A stretch of 64,000 nt of DNA from Candidatus Sulfobium sp. (GCA_037380845.1 JARRRI010000022.1:73289-137288), one strand, 5' to 3'; positions 8,709 to 18,826 are shown, numbered from the stretch's first letter. Notes: a model not told the origin generated them from the sequence alone. Program-made: numbers and translations.

Positions 8709-10034
8709 TCACAATCTCATGTCCTGAGCGCTATGTTTGCCATGGCCGGTCGCTCTTTTCAGGGGCTTAAGAAAGGCAAAGAACGCAAGGCCGGCGGCAA
8801 ACGGCAGGGCCGCCATCAGCAGAAAGAAATTCTCCTTCGGCATCTTCTCCCAGAATGTCCCCAGATAGCCCGACAGGTAGTTTCCAAAGAAGCTTGAAAG
8901 GAACCAGACACCCATCATCATCGATACGATCCGGACCGGAGACAGTTTGGTCACGAGGGAGAGGCCGATAGGAGAAAAATATATCTCCCCGATCGTGAGC
9001 ACAAAGGCGCAGGCTGCCAGCCACAAGAGACTTGCCCTGGGACTGACCGCCAGCTCCCGGGCCGGAGCAATCAGTACCAGGAAAGCGGCGGCGAGCAGCA
9101 TGCAGCCGGTTCCCATCTTGGCGATGCTCGAAGGTTCTTTCCCACGGCGGGCCTGCCTGCCCCAGAGCATGTTCAGCGCAGGAACGAAAATGAAGATCAT
9201 GAGCGGATTGAAGGATTGAAACCAGGAGGCCGGCATCTCCCAGCCGAAGATCATCCGGTCCGTATGGGCGTCGGCCCAGAGGGCAAGCGTGTTACCCTGC
9301 TGCTCGTATACACTCCAGAAGAGTATGCTCAGGGTCATCATGATAAAGATCGCTCCTATCTTCAGCCAGTCCTCACGCGTCAACGGATCCGAGGATTTAC
9401 GTTTTCCGGCTTCCCGTTTTTGCATTACGGGGTCGGGGGCTAGGTGCTTCCGGCCTCTCAGATAAATGAGGAGCCCGATCACCATGCCGACGCCCGCGGC
9501 ACCAAAGCCCCAGTGAAACCCGATCTTCTCTCCGAGGGTCCCGCAGACGAGGGGCGAAAAGAACGCTCCGAGATTGATGCCCATATAGAATATGCTGAAG
9601 GCCCGGTCGCGGCGATTATCGCCGGGAGGATAGAGGGCCCCGACCTGTGTCGAGATATTAGGCTTGAAGGCGCCGTTTCCGAGGATCAGAAAGATGAGCG
9701 CCGGGAAAAGCAGGCGGTCTGCCGTCATAAGGAAATGTCCGGCAGCCATCAGCACCGCTCCGACGATCACGGTCCGCCGCTGGCCAAGCAGGCGGTCCGC
9801 CAAAATGCCGCCCAGGAGCGGAGTGAAGTAGACAAAGCCGGTATAGAGTCCGTAAATTTCGGAAGACCGTTCCTGCGTAAACTGCAGGTGCTTGATCATG
9901 TAGTAGACCAGCAGCGACCGCATTCCGTAATACGAAAATCTCTCCCACATTTCGGTAAAGAAGAGGACATAGAGTCCGGTGGGATGTCTCGTGCGTCCTG
10001 CTCTTTGTCCGGTTAATTCGATCGTGTCGCGCAA
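8709..10034 (-). CDS. Proton-dependent oligopeptide (POT/PTR) transporter
   Basis: HPTGLYVLFFTEMWERFSYYGMR, FKPNIS, FYMGINLG, FQSFNP. Confidence 0.93.
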   Translation of the reverse strand: MRDTIELTGQRAGRTRHPTGLYVLFFTEMWERFSYYGMRSLLVYYMIKHLQFTQERSSEIYGLYTGFVYFTPLLGGILADRLLGQRRTVIVGAVLMAAGHFLMTADRLLFPALIFLILGNGAFKPNISTQVGALYPPGDNRRDRAFSIFYMGINLGAFFSPLVCGTLGEKIGFHWGFGAAGVGMVIGLLIYLRGRKHLAPDPVMQKREAGKRKSSDPLTREDWLKIGAIFIMMTLSILFWSVYEQQGNTLALWADAHTDRMIFGWEMPASWFQSFNPLMIFIFVPALNMLWGRQARRGKEPSSIAKMGTGCMLLAAAFLVLIAPARELAVSPRASLLWLAACAFVLTIGEIYFSPIGLSLVTKLSPVRIVSMMMGVWFLSSFFGNYLSGYLGTFWEKMPKENFFLLMAALPFAAGLAFFAFLKPLKRATGHGKHSAQDMRL

Positions 10035-10342
10035 AGCACCAAACCTGTGGCAATGACGTTAACAGCTCCGTCCTCCTGTAGAAAGAAGTGTGACCAAAAG
10101 AGATTGCCAGGATGTCTGTTTCAAGTATAGCACCGCTTTAAAAAAAGGCTGAGGGGTCTGACTTGTGTGAATACCCCGCGCTGGTGGGAATAAGAACTTC
10201 TGGGACAGGAGACCTACTTTCAGTTGAGGCATATAAGCGGCTCTTTTAATGAAGCAATTTTGACCGCAAGAACCGGATAGTGCCGGGAATGGCGGGCGCG
10301 ATATACTATCTTTAGAATTAGAATTTATTAAAGGAGGCCGGA

Positions 10343-11407
10343 GTGGACCCAGCGGTTGGCAAGGATTGGTGGAAGGCCGTGCAGTCGCGCGACAGACGAT
10401 TCGACGAAAGCTTTGTGTATGCAGTGCGCTCAACTGGTATCTATTGCCGTCCATCCTGCGCCGCCAAGCGTCCAAAACCGGACCAGGTGATCTTTTTCAA
10501 GGTTCCGGCGGAGGCTAAGGCTGCGGGGTTCCGCCCCTGTCTTCGCTGCAGACCTGATGAGGCGCCGATCCCGGACGAAAAGGCTGAGACGGCACGGCGC
10601 CTTTGCAGGTTCATTGAAAAATACGACTCAACTGACAGACCGCTTACACTGAAAGTCATGGGTGAGCACATGAGCATCGGACCCTGCCATCTTCAGCGCA
10701 TCTTCAAGCAGGTCATGGGCATCAGCCCCGGGCAGTATGCCGATGCATGCCGTCTGAACCGGCTGAAGGCGCTTGTCAGGAAGGGGAAGACGGTGACCCA
10801 TGCGCTTTACGAATCGGGATACAGCTCCAGCAGCCGCCTATATGAAGACGCTGCGTCACGGCTGGGGATGACGCCGGGTACGTATCTCCGAAGAGGCGAG
10901 GGCGTCGAGATCGGATTTACGCTCGTCGATTGCCCCCTCGGCAGGATGCTTGTGGCCGCCACGGACAAAGGCCTCTGTGCGGTAAGCATCGGAGACTCCG
11001 ATGAAGCGCTCATAACCGCTCTTCATGATGAATATCCTGCGGCCGGGATACACAGAGACCGGGCAGGTCTTTCCGAATACATTACCGCCCTCCTCGGATA
11101 CTTTGGTGGAAAACAGCCGAGTCCTGGCCTCCCTCTTCACCTTCAGGTCACCGCGTTTCAGTGGAAGGTCTATGAAGTCTTGAGGGCCATTCCTTTCGGT
11201 CAAACCCGTACCTACGAAGAGATTGCCAGGGCGATAGGATCTCCAGGAGCGGCCCGTGCCGTTGGCCGCGCCTGCGCGAGAAATCCCGTGGCTGTCGTGA
11301 TTCCCTGCCACCGGGTTGTCAGAAAAGACGGAACCCCCGGCGACTATCGCTGGGGCATCAAAAACAAAAAGGCACTTCTTGGAAGGGAACGCGGGCGAGC
11401 TTCCTGA
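10343..11407 (+). CDS. ada: Bifunctional transcriptional activator / O6-methylguanine-DNA methyltransferase Ada
   Basis: STGIYCRPSC, GFRPCLRC Zn site, AraC HTH, IPCHRV active site. Confidence 0.93.
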   Translation: MDPAVGKDWWKAVQSRDRRFDESFVYAVRSTGIYCRPSCAAKRPKPDQVIFFKVPAEAKAAGFRPCLRCRPDEAPIPDEKAETARRLCRFIEKYDSTDRPLTLKVMGEHMSIGPCHLQRIFKQVMGISPGQYADACRLNRLKALVRKGKTVTHALYESGYSSSSRLYEDAASRLGMTPGTYLRRGEGVEIGFTLVDCPLGRMLVAATDKGLCAVSIGDSDEALITALHDEYPAAGIHRDRAGLSEYITALLGYFGGKQPSPGLPLHLQVTAFQWKVYEVLRAIPFGQTRTYEEIARAIGSPGAARAVGRACARNPVAVVIPCHRVVRKDGTPGDYRWGIKNKKALLGRERGRAS

Positions 11408-11580
11408 ATTAGCATTCGCGTCTTACATGTACTGGGTTCAGACAGGATCACTGCTTGCCCCTGCTCAGAAGAAAGACATCGCTTCTCACAGTATCCCTCA
11501 CGGGGAATAAGGCTGAGAACGCTGAGGAGTACAGATGAAAATTCTTGCCGATGGATAGAGAGGAGGTTAATGGAAATCTG

Positions 11581-12596
11581 GGGGACGTTGTTGCTAATTG
11601 TGCTTTGTGGCGTGATATGCCTTCTCCACCCTCTCAATCGCGCGGGTAATGCTCGATGTATTCACCCCGACGTGTCGTGCTATCTCCGCCGAGGATAGCC
11701 CAAGTTCATCCCTGCTCCTGACCGCGATGAGTGACCGAGCGTCACTTACCTTGCGCCGCTTGCTTCCTCCCATTAATTCCGCAGGGCTTATTCCAGCCTC
11801 GCGACACTCTTCGTTGATTATCATCTGAATTGTTCGACCGGCCCGTCTGTGTTTAAGTTGCCTCAACTGTCGATCTTCCGCCTCTTTAAGGACCTTGCTG
11901 ACAAAGTCACCCCCGCCCAAGATGCGTTCATCGAATTCTTCTATCTGTCCCCTCCTTCGCAAGGCCAGAACCTGTGACCATCCCCCCTGGCTCCTGATGA
12001 GTCCCCCGCCCGTCAGTTCCTTACTCTCTCCCTCGCTGCTTCCTTCTCTCATGAATTTCCGATATGCATGAAGAGCCTTCCGACGGGAACTGCCAAACTG
12101 GGCCAGAACGTGGTCGGTATCCATCCAGGGTCTATCGGATTTACCAACCATGTCACGATGGCCGCCCCACGGATAATGGTCCAATTCTTCCATGGTCTTG
12201 ACGACCTTAGTCCTAAGAGGATTCAAATGGATGTAGCGGACAAGGGCCAAAAGGTAGTTGTCTTCTTCGCAGAGAACTGATTTGTATCTGTTTTCAAAGA
12301 GGTGTCCGGTGCGATGATGCCGGCGGTTATAGTACTGCGCGTACCACGTGAGCAGTCTTCTCATGACCGAGGATATCCCCTCTTTTCCGCTCTTAAAAAG
12401 AATATGAACGTGATTGCTCATGAGGACCCAAGCGTAGACTGTACATTTACCCTCAATTACATGCTGCCCCAGCCGCTCCAGAAAACGGGTCTTGTCCTCA
12501 GTGTCTTCGAAAATCTCGGCCTTATTGATACCCCGAACCATAATATGAATCCCCCTTCCTTGTCAAGCGAAATGCACTTATAGAAACAACGTCCCC
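11581..12596 (-). mobile_element. REP-associated Y1 (HUH) transposase element bounded by inverted repeats
   Basis: ggggacgttgtt at 11581-11592 is the exact reverse complement of aacaacgtcccc at 12585-12596; extends imperfectly to ~26 bp. Confidence 0.75.
11594..12541 (-). CDS. REP-associated tyrosine transposase (Y1_Tnp, IS200-like) with C-terminal HTH; probably 5'-truncated
   Basis: HIMVRG, AWVLMSNHVH (HUH), GHLFENRYKS, RYIHLNP, YPW; the usual MPR..R N-terminus is absent. Confidence 0.88.
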   Translation of the reverse strand: MVRGINKAEIFEDTEDKTRFLERLGQHVIEGKCTVYAWVLMSNHVHILFKSGKEGISSVMRRLLTWYAQYYNRRHHRTGHLFENRYKSVLCEEDNYLLALVRYIHLNPLRTKVVKTMEELDHYPWGGHRDMVGKSDRPWMDTDHVLAQFGSSRRKALHAYRKFMREGSSEGESKELTGGGLIRSQGGWSQVLALRRRGQIEEFDERILGGGDFVSKVLKEAEDRQLRQLKHRRAGRTIQMIINEECREAGISPAELMGGSKRRKVSDARSLIAVRSRDELGLSSAEIARHVGVNTSSITRAIERVEKAYHATKHN

Positions 12597-13032
12597 TTTA
12601 TCCTAACTGCGATTAAGTCGGTGGACCTGAGATCAACGGCGCGGCAGAATTGCCTGCCAGGAATTTCGCTTGTTATAGGACATAACACACGTCGTCGATT
12701 AGATGAGCTCTTTTTATAGAATGCCAGTTGAAACAAACGTCACAGCGATGTCCTGTGGCCCCGAGTTCAATACGCTATCTCTGTAATGGCCGCATCTGCA
12801 TGTCCGCGCATTTGGGGATAAACTCTTCAAGAGTTGCAGTTCCAGATAACTGAGGACTCTCAGTCAGAACATCCCTTACACTTTCCAACATGTCACACTT
12901 GATTGAGGATCAGGAAAATATGGGCCGTGTATGGGAAGTTGCCAACTTAAACAACATATCCGATGTCTTCGTATGGAGTCGGAGACACTGCTATCAAGTG
13001 TCCTCCAACCCTATTCTCTCTTCGCTAGCTGC

Positions 13033-13341
13033 CTATCCAATTGTCAGATTGACAACTTTGTCGACCTCGCATATTTCCCTTGAGGGCTCAGAGGCGAAGT
13101 TGTCACTCAGCCTGGCCACCCATTCTTTGTAATATCCGCTTGCTTCGCTGGCTATAATGTCTTCTTCCGTCTCCCAAAGGGCGACCGACGTGGCTTTCCC
13201 CGTGTTGGGGTCTGTGAGCAGCATGCCTGCCTTGAACCCCTTGAGTTTCTTTGCCCCGGGGACAACGAACTCATCAAACAAACGAACGACGTTATCTCTC
13301 CTGCCCGGCTTGATTTGAAATGTTACGACTTTTGCATGCAT
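13033..13341 (-). CDS. Antibiotic biosynthesis monooxygenase (ABM)-like protein
   Basis: MHAKVVTFQIKPG...GFK...ALWET dimeric alpha/beta barrel pattern; RBS AAAGGAG. Confidence 0.75.
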   Translation of the reverse strand: MHAKVVTFQIKPGRRDNVVRLFDEFVVPGAKKLKGFKAGMLLTDPNTGKATSVALWETEEDIIASEASGYYKEWVARLSDNFASEPSREICEVDKVVNLTIG

Positions 13342-13569
13342 TGCCCCGTCTCCTTTACTGCATGGTTAATTAAATAGAAAAGGAACCTTCCTGCTTAATC
13401 CATAACACAGAACCGGCCTGTTGTCCAGTGACTTTCGAGCAGCCAGGCTTACAGGGAACAGGGAATAGAGAACCGAAAAAGGGGACAGGGCTGCCTCATT
13501 GCAGCTCGGATTGCCATGTCACGCATCATAAGTTAAACTGGTCGAGGGCAGCGTGCAGGGGGCCGAAAA

Positions 13570-14109
13570 ATGTCTCAATATACAGGAAGAAAGAAAGAGA
13601 TCGTGTTGATCGGGGATTCTCTTACCGAGTTTTTCGATTGGCAGGGAAGGTTCCCCTCTCACCGGGTCCTGAATCTCGGGATTGCGGGGGAGCCGGTGGA
13701 AGGTCTCCTCGGCCGTATGTCCGATATACGCACCGCCATAGTGCGGGCCGACCTCGTCTTCGTGATGACCGGGATAAACAATATCGCGATGGAAGATTAC
13801 GACATAATTCCCAGATACGAGAAGGTGCTGGACACACTCGTTTCCGATTCTGCCGGTGCGGAGATCGTTATCCAAAGCATTCTCCCTGTGCGCCTGCCCT
13901 GGGTGGATAACGCAGAGATAGAGAAAATCAACTCGGATCTTGAGAAGACTGCTCGAGGGATGAAGGTCCGTTACTTCGACATATACCATCTCTTTGTCGA
14001 TGCAGGGGGCAACCCTGTCAGAGAATACCTGTCCGAAGACGGGGTGCACCTCAGCGCCCGCGGCTATGAAGTCTGGTCAGGCGCCATCGAAAAAGAATTT
14101 TCATTATAG
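13570..14109 (+). CDS. GDSL/SGNH hydrolase
   Basis: IGDSLT, NLGIAG, GINN, DGVHL. Confidence 0.9.
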   Translation: MSQYTGRKKEIVLIGDSLTEFFDWQGRFPSHRVLNLGIAGEPVEGLLGRMSDIRTAIVRADLVFVMTGINNIAMEDYDIIPRYEKVLDTLVSDSAGAEIVIQSILPVRLPWVDNAEIEKINSDLEKTARGMKVRYFDIYHLFVDAGGNPVREYLSEDGVHLSARGYEVWSGAIEKEFSL

Positions 14110-14138
14110 GCAGAAGGAGAAGTGCGGTAAAATGAAAT

Positions 14139-15953
14139 ATGAGGAGATTGGCAGCAGCCGTTCTTGCCTTCTTTGTCTTCGGCGCACAGGCAGCGCCGGC
14201 GGCCGATTTCAGGTTCTCGCCCCGGCCGAACAAGGCCGGCCTCATACACTGGCGTCAATGGAGCCAGGCCCCCTTTTCAGATGCGAAGAAGCTGCGGAAG
14301 CCCGTCCTGCTTGCTCTGAGCGCGGTGTGGTGCCACTGGTGCCATGTCATGGACGAGACCACATACTCCGAGGCCGACGTCATAACCTTTATCAATGAGA
14401 ACTTCATCCCTGTGAGGGTCGACGCCGATATGCGGCCGGATATCGACGACCTTTACAACCAGGGCGGGTGGCCGAGCACGCTCGTTCTTACGCCGGAGGG
14501 GAGGATCATCAGGGCAGGTACATATATACTGCCCGATGACATGGTCGACTGGCTGAAGAAGGGCCTCGCGGAATTCAGGAATAACAGGCAGGGCATCGGG
14601 GAAAAGGGAGAAGAGCGGCCCGAACGGGCGGGGAAAAAGACGACGGCGGAGGCCGACCTTATAATGATGCTCCGCATTTTACGGTCGGACTTCGATAGCC
14701 AGCACGGCGGATTCGGGATGCCGCAGAAATTTCCCAACCCGGAGAGGATCTATTTCCTCCTCTCCGAATTCACGAGGAGCGGGGACGAAGAGATCAAGAA
14801 GATGATCACCCTGACGCTCGACGGGATGGCGTCGGGGGCGATACACGACGATATCGCCGGGGGTTTCTTCAGGTACGCAACCCGGCCCGACTGGTCGTCG
14901 CCGCATTACGAAAAGATGCTCGACCTTAACGCGGGGCTTGCCCGCAACTACGCATATGCATATATGGCCTTCGGCAAAGACACATACCGGAAGGTCCTCA
15001 TTGGAACGATAGGCTATATCATGAATAATCTCTACGACCCGAAAACGGGGGCCTTTTACGGCAGCCAGGACGCCGACGAAGAATATTATACCGCGAAGAA
15101 GCGGTCCGGACCCCCGCCCCGCGTCGATACCAACATATACGCCGGTCCGAACGCACGGATGATCGCCGCCCTCGTGGCGGCCTCAGGAGCCACGGGATCA
15201 AAGGAATATCTGAAACAGGCGGAGAAGACAGCCGCCTTCATGCTCCGGCATCTCTACACCGAAAAGGAAGGGGTCTATCGATATTATCGCGGGGGGGAGA
15301 AGCACCTGCCGGGACTGCTCGCAGACAACGTCCTGTTCGGAAGTGCCCTCATCGATCTTTACAATGTTACCGGGGACGTCAGGTTCGTAGAGACCGCCCG
15401 GAACATTGCCCGCCTCCTTGCGGCCAGGTTCTTCGACCGTAGACAGGAATTGTTCAGGACAAGTATCGAGGCGGCAGTTGTCATGCCTTCCAAGCCGGGA
15501 GGGCTCATGGAATATAACGCCACCGCTTCAAATCTCAATGCGGCTGTATTTCTGCGCAGGATTTCCGGGTATCGGGAGGAGGCCGGACTTAAAGCTCTGG
15601 CCGCCAGTGCGATTGCAAAGGAAGACTACAATTGCGAAACGGTCAGACCTGCCTCCGCGTTTTGCGGCGAGGCCTTTGAATGGCAACTCCGGCCGCCCCT
15701 GGAAATAGTGCTGGTCACCGCCGGGCGACCTGGACCGTTCCTTAAAGCGGTGAACAGTGTCTTTGTCCCGCTCAAGGTGGTCAAGGTGCTTTCACCGAAG
15801 AAAGACAAGGCCGCCATCGCGCTTCTGGGATATCCCATGGAGGAGCGCCTGTACCTCTGCTCCGGAAAGAGATGCTATGCCGCCGTCACAAAGCCCGGGG
15901 AGGTAGCGGCTCATATGAAAAAGTATCTGGAGAGTCTCAAGCAGAAGAAGTAG
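14139..15953 (+). CDS. Thioredoxin domain-containing protein (DUF255/YyaL/SPATA20-like) with signal peptide
   Basis: WCHWCHVMDETTY, GGWPST, GGFG.PQKFP, GGFFRYA..PDW..PHYEKML; N-terminal MRRLAAAVLAFFVFGAQAAPA. Confidence 0.85.
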   Translation: MRRLAAAVLAFFVFGAQAAPAADFRFSPRPNKAGLIHWRQWSQAPFSDAKKLRKPVLLALSAVWCHWCHVMDETTYSEADVITFINENFIPVRVDADMRPDIDDLYNQGGWPSTLVLTPEGRIIRAGTYILPDDMVDWLKKGLAEFRNNRQGIGEKGEERPERAGKKTTAEADLIMMLRILRSDFDSQHGGFGMPQKFPNPERIYFLLSEFTRSGDEEIKKMITLTLDGMASGAIHDDIAGGFFRYATRPDWSSPHYEKMLDLNAGLARNYAYAYMAFGKDTYRKVLIGTIGYIMNNLYDPKTGAFYGSQDADEEYYTAKKRSGPPPRVDTNIYAGPNARMIAALVAASGATGSKEYLKQAEKTAAFMLRHLYTEKEGVYRYYRGGEKHLPGLLADNVLFGSALIDLYNVTGDVRFVETARNIARLLAARFFDRRQELFRTSIEAAVVMPSKPGGLMEYNATASNLNAAVFLRRISGYREEAGLKALAASAIAKEDYNCETVRPASAFCGEAFEWQLRPPLEIVLVTAGRPGPFLKAVNSVFVPLKVVKVLSPKKDKAAIALLGYPMEERLYLCSGKRCYAAVTKPGEVAAHMKKYLESLKQKK

Positions 15954-16000
15954 GTACTTGATCCCTCGTGCGCGAGAAATGGGGTCAAATCTCATTTGAT

Positions 16001-16049
16001 CTTGATTTGAAATGTTACGACTTTTGCATGCATTGCTCCGTCTCCTTTA
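16001..16049 (-). repeat. Truncated duplicate of the ABM gene 5' end and RBS (copy of 13309-13357)
   Basis: 49 bp with one mismatch; encodes MHAKVVTFQIK, then diverges and stops. Confidence 0.85.
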
Positions 16050-16362
16050 ATGACGTGGTTAGATTAAACCGAAAAAAGGGGGGACAAGCTATATTATCGC
16101 AGAGCAACCTTGCAACGTTTGGCGAAAAGATGGCTGACTTCTATGAATCGCCACCCGGTGAGCAGAAATTGCAATCTGAAGCGGACTCCCAATATGCACG
16201 GATGACGATTAATGCTGTTGCGGCGAAGTGATAACGATGATAGCATGTAATAACCGGCGTTGCTGACAAACAGCGGACTTCGCTCTGTGGCTGACTGTTG
16301 CCGGTTTCTCTCTGCACCGGGATATTGAGCGACGGCGAATATGTCGTACAAGAGGTGATGAC

Positions 16363-17781
16363 ATGACTCAGCAATATGAGATAGGTATGGTCGGCCTCGG
16401 CGTGATGGGCCGGAACCTGCTTTTGAACATGGCGGACCACGGCTATGCGGTGGCCGGCTACGACAAGGATTTGAGCAAGGTCGAGGCCCTGAGGAAGGAG
16501 GCGGAAAACAGGGCCATTTACGGAGCCGAAAACATGAAAGACTTTATCGGCAGCCTGCGGCCTCCCAGGGTAATCATGATGCTGGTTCCGGCGGGGCGGG
16601 TGGTGGATTCAGTGATCGGAGACGTCCTCCCCCTTCTTGAGAAAGGAGACCTCATCATCGACGCGGGAAATTCCCATTTCACGGACACTGATCTGCGGGC
16701 CAAAGATCTTTCCGAAAAGGGCATAAACTTTCTTGGCGTCGGCGTTTCGGGAGGGGAGGCCGGCGCACGCCATGGTCCGAGCATGATGCCGGGCGGTCCC
16801 CGGGAGGCATATGAAAGGGTAAAGCCCCTTTTCGAGGCGGTATCCGCAAGTGTAGGCGGTGAACCCTGCGTCACCTATCTCGGTCCCGGCTCTGCAGGTC
16901 ATTATGTCAAGATGGTCCATAACGGCATCGAATACGGGATCATACAGCTCATAGCCGAGACCTACGACCTGATGAAACGGGGAATGGGTCTGTCCAACGA
17001 CGAATTGCGCGAGGTCTACGGGAGATGGATGAAGACGGAAGTCAACGGATATCTGGTGGAGATCACATCTGAGATATTCACGCGCGAGGACAAAAAAACC
17101 GGCAAGAGGCTCATCGATGTTATCCTCGATGAGGCGAAACAGAAGGGCACAGGAAAATGGACCTCCCAGGACGCCATGGAACTGCAGGTGCCGGTGCCGA
17201 CAATCGATGCGGCCGTATCAATGCGTGACATGTCGGCCCTGAAGAGTGAACGTGAAGTGGCCGGCCAGCTGTTCGAGACGCCCGCAGGCTCTTTTCACGG
17301 CGACAGGGAAGGCTTCATTAACCAGCTCCGCGATGCGCTTTATGTCTCCATGATCCTGACATACGCACAGGGCATGGCCCTTCTCGGGAAGGCGTCTGCG
17401 GCCTATAACTATGACCTCGACCTGCAGGAGGTGGCTCGCATCTGGCGGGGCGGCTGTATTATCAGGGCGCTCCTGCTGGAAGATATCCAGGCCGCCTACC
17501 GGGCCAAGACGGACCTGCCCAACCTCCTGATGGACCCTCACTTCAGCCAGGAAGTGATGACCGGGCAGGATGCCCTGAGGGCGACGGTGACCACTGCCGT
17601 CGAACTCGGCATACCGCAGGCATGCATGACCGCCGCCCTGGCCTACTTCGACAGTTACCGGAGCGCGTGGCTGCCGGCCAACCTGGTTCAGGCTCAGCGC
17701 GACTTCTTCGGCTCCCATACCTATGAGCGGGTGGACGAAAAGGGCGTTTTCCACACCGAATGGAGAGAGAAGAGTAAGTGA
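16363..17781 (+). CDS. gnd: 6-phosphogluconate dehydrogenase (decarboxylating)
   Basis: GLGVMG, GVSGGEAGA, VKMVHNGIEY, QKGTGKWT, WRGGCII, QAQRDFFGSHTY. Confidence 0.96.
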   Translation: MTQQYEIGMVGLGVMGRNLLLNMADHGYAVAGYDKDLSKVEALRKEAENRAIYGAENMKDFIGSLRPPRVIMMLVPAGRVVDSVIGDVLPLLEKGDLIIDAGNSHFTDTDLRAKDLSEKGINFLGVGVSGGEAGARHGPSMMPGGPREAYERVKPLFEAVSASVGGEPCVTYLGPGSAGHYVKMVHNGIEYGIIQLIAETYDLMKRGMGLSNDELREVYGRWMKTEVNGYLVEITSEIFTREDKKTGKRLIDVILDEAKQKGTGKWTSQDAMELQVPVPTIDAAVSMRDMSALKSEREVAGQLFETPAGSFHGDREGFINQLRDALYVSMILTYAQGMALLGKASAAYNYDLDLQEVARIWRGGCIIRALLLEDIQAAYRAKTDLPNLLMDPHFSQEVMTGQDALRATVTTAVELGIPQACMTAALAYFDSYRSAWLPANLVQAQRDFFGSHTYERVDEKGVFHTEWREKSK

Positions 17782-17974
17782 CCTTTCCGGCGTTAAGCCG
17801 TTAGCAATAAGCTGTAAGGGAAAAGCTCAATATTCGAAGCCGATGGACAAGTCCCTGGGTGCCGGGACGGCTCTGCTCCCGGTTCCTTAAGCTGATCGCT
17901 TATGGCTGAATGCTTAGAGCCCGGTTACTTTTAATTGGACTTATGAATACAAGAGAAGCAGCGAGGCCCTTTTA

Positions 17975-18826
17975 GTGACGCCGGTTTCGGCGCTGGTATA
18001 TTCCCTTTTTTTCGGGCTGCTCCACGGGATACTGCCGGACGAGCATACGTGGCCCATCACGTTCAGCTATGCCATCGGGGGGGCCGGAGGAAGGGAGGGC
18101 ATGAAGGCGGGGCTCTACTTCTCCGCCGCATTCACGGTGCAGCGTATGATCCTCTCGGAAGTCGCCTATCTGGCACTTGCCCCGTTTCTTCTTTCCCGAA
18201 CGGTCAACGGCTACGTCAACATGATAGTGGGCGTTACAATGTGCGTTGCGGGGGCCATAGTGCTGAAGAGGAACCTTTATCCCCACTTCCACCTCTTCGG
18301 ACATTGCCACGGCGAGGAATGTGACATGGAGGACTCTAAGAAGGTTTTGACAACAAGGCACGAAGAACCGGCCGGCGGCCCGAAGGCGCCCCCGGTGCGA
18401 TGGACCGTCGTACACGGGTTCATAGCGGGCTTCGGCTTTGGCGGATTTTCCCTGTTCATCAACACCGTCGCAGCCCCGGCCATGAAGACCCCCTGGCTGG
18501 GGTTCTTGCCGGGACTCCTCTTCGGCCTGGGGACCATGGCCATGCTCATGATCATCGGCGCCCTGTTCGGGGCCTCTCTTCGCTGGACGCATTCGCTCAC
18601 TGAAGATGAGGTGAAAAAGATCGGCTCACAGACCGGGGGCAGGACCCTCTTCTTCGGCGGCCTACTTTTCGGGGCGTTCGGGCTTTCGCTGCTCCTTGGT
18701 CTTGACCGGAGTCTGCCGGTTGACGCGGGCTATGTCCTGATCGGCCTCTTCATGGTGCTGGTTGCGGTTCCGGCGTTCATCTTTTCGTGGAGGCAGGTGC
18801 TGGCGGCAAGGGAGGGCGGAGGGTAA
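17975..18826 (+). CDS. Membrane protein, possible Ni/Co transporter (UreH/RcnA-like)
   Basis: LLHGILPDEHTWP in TM1, His-rich loop HFHLFGHCHG, VVHGFIAG, FGLGT; start uncertain. Confidence 0.55.
   Translation: MTPVSALVYSLFFGLLHGILPDEHTWPITFSYAIGGAGGREGMKAGLYFSAAFTVQRMILSEVAYLALAPFLLSRTVNGYVNMIVGVTMCVAGAIVLKRNLYPHFHLFGHCHGEECDMEDSKKVLTTRHEEPAGGPKAPPVRWTVVHGFIAGFGFGGFSLFINTVAAPAMKTPWLGFLPGLLFGLGTMAMLMIIGALFGASLRWTHSLTEDEVKKIGSQTGGRTLFFGGLLFGAFGLSLLLGLDRSLPVDAGYVLIGLFMVLVAVPAFIFSWRQVLAAREGGG

Noticed and set aside
12680..13030. Intact gene between the transposase and the ABM gene
   Set aside because: Only short interrupted frames; at most a decayed remnant that I cannot assign
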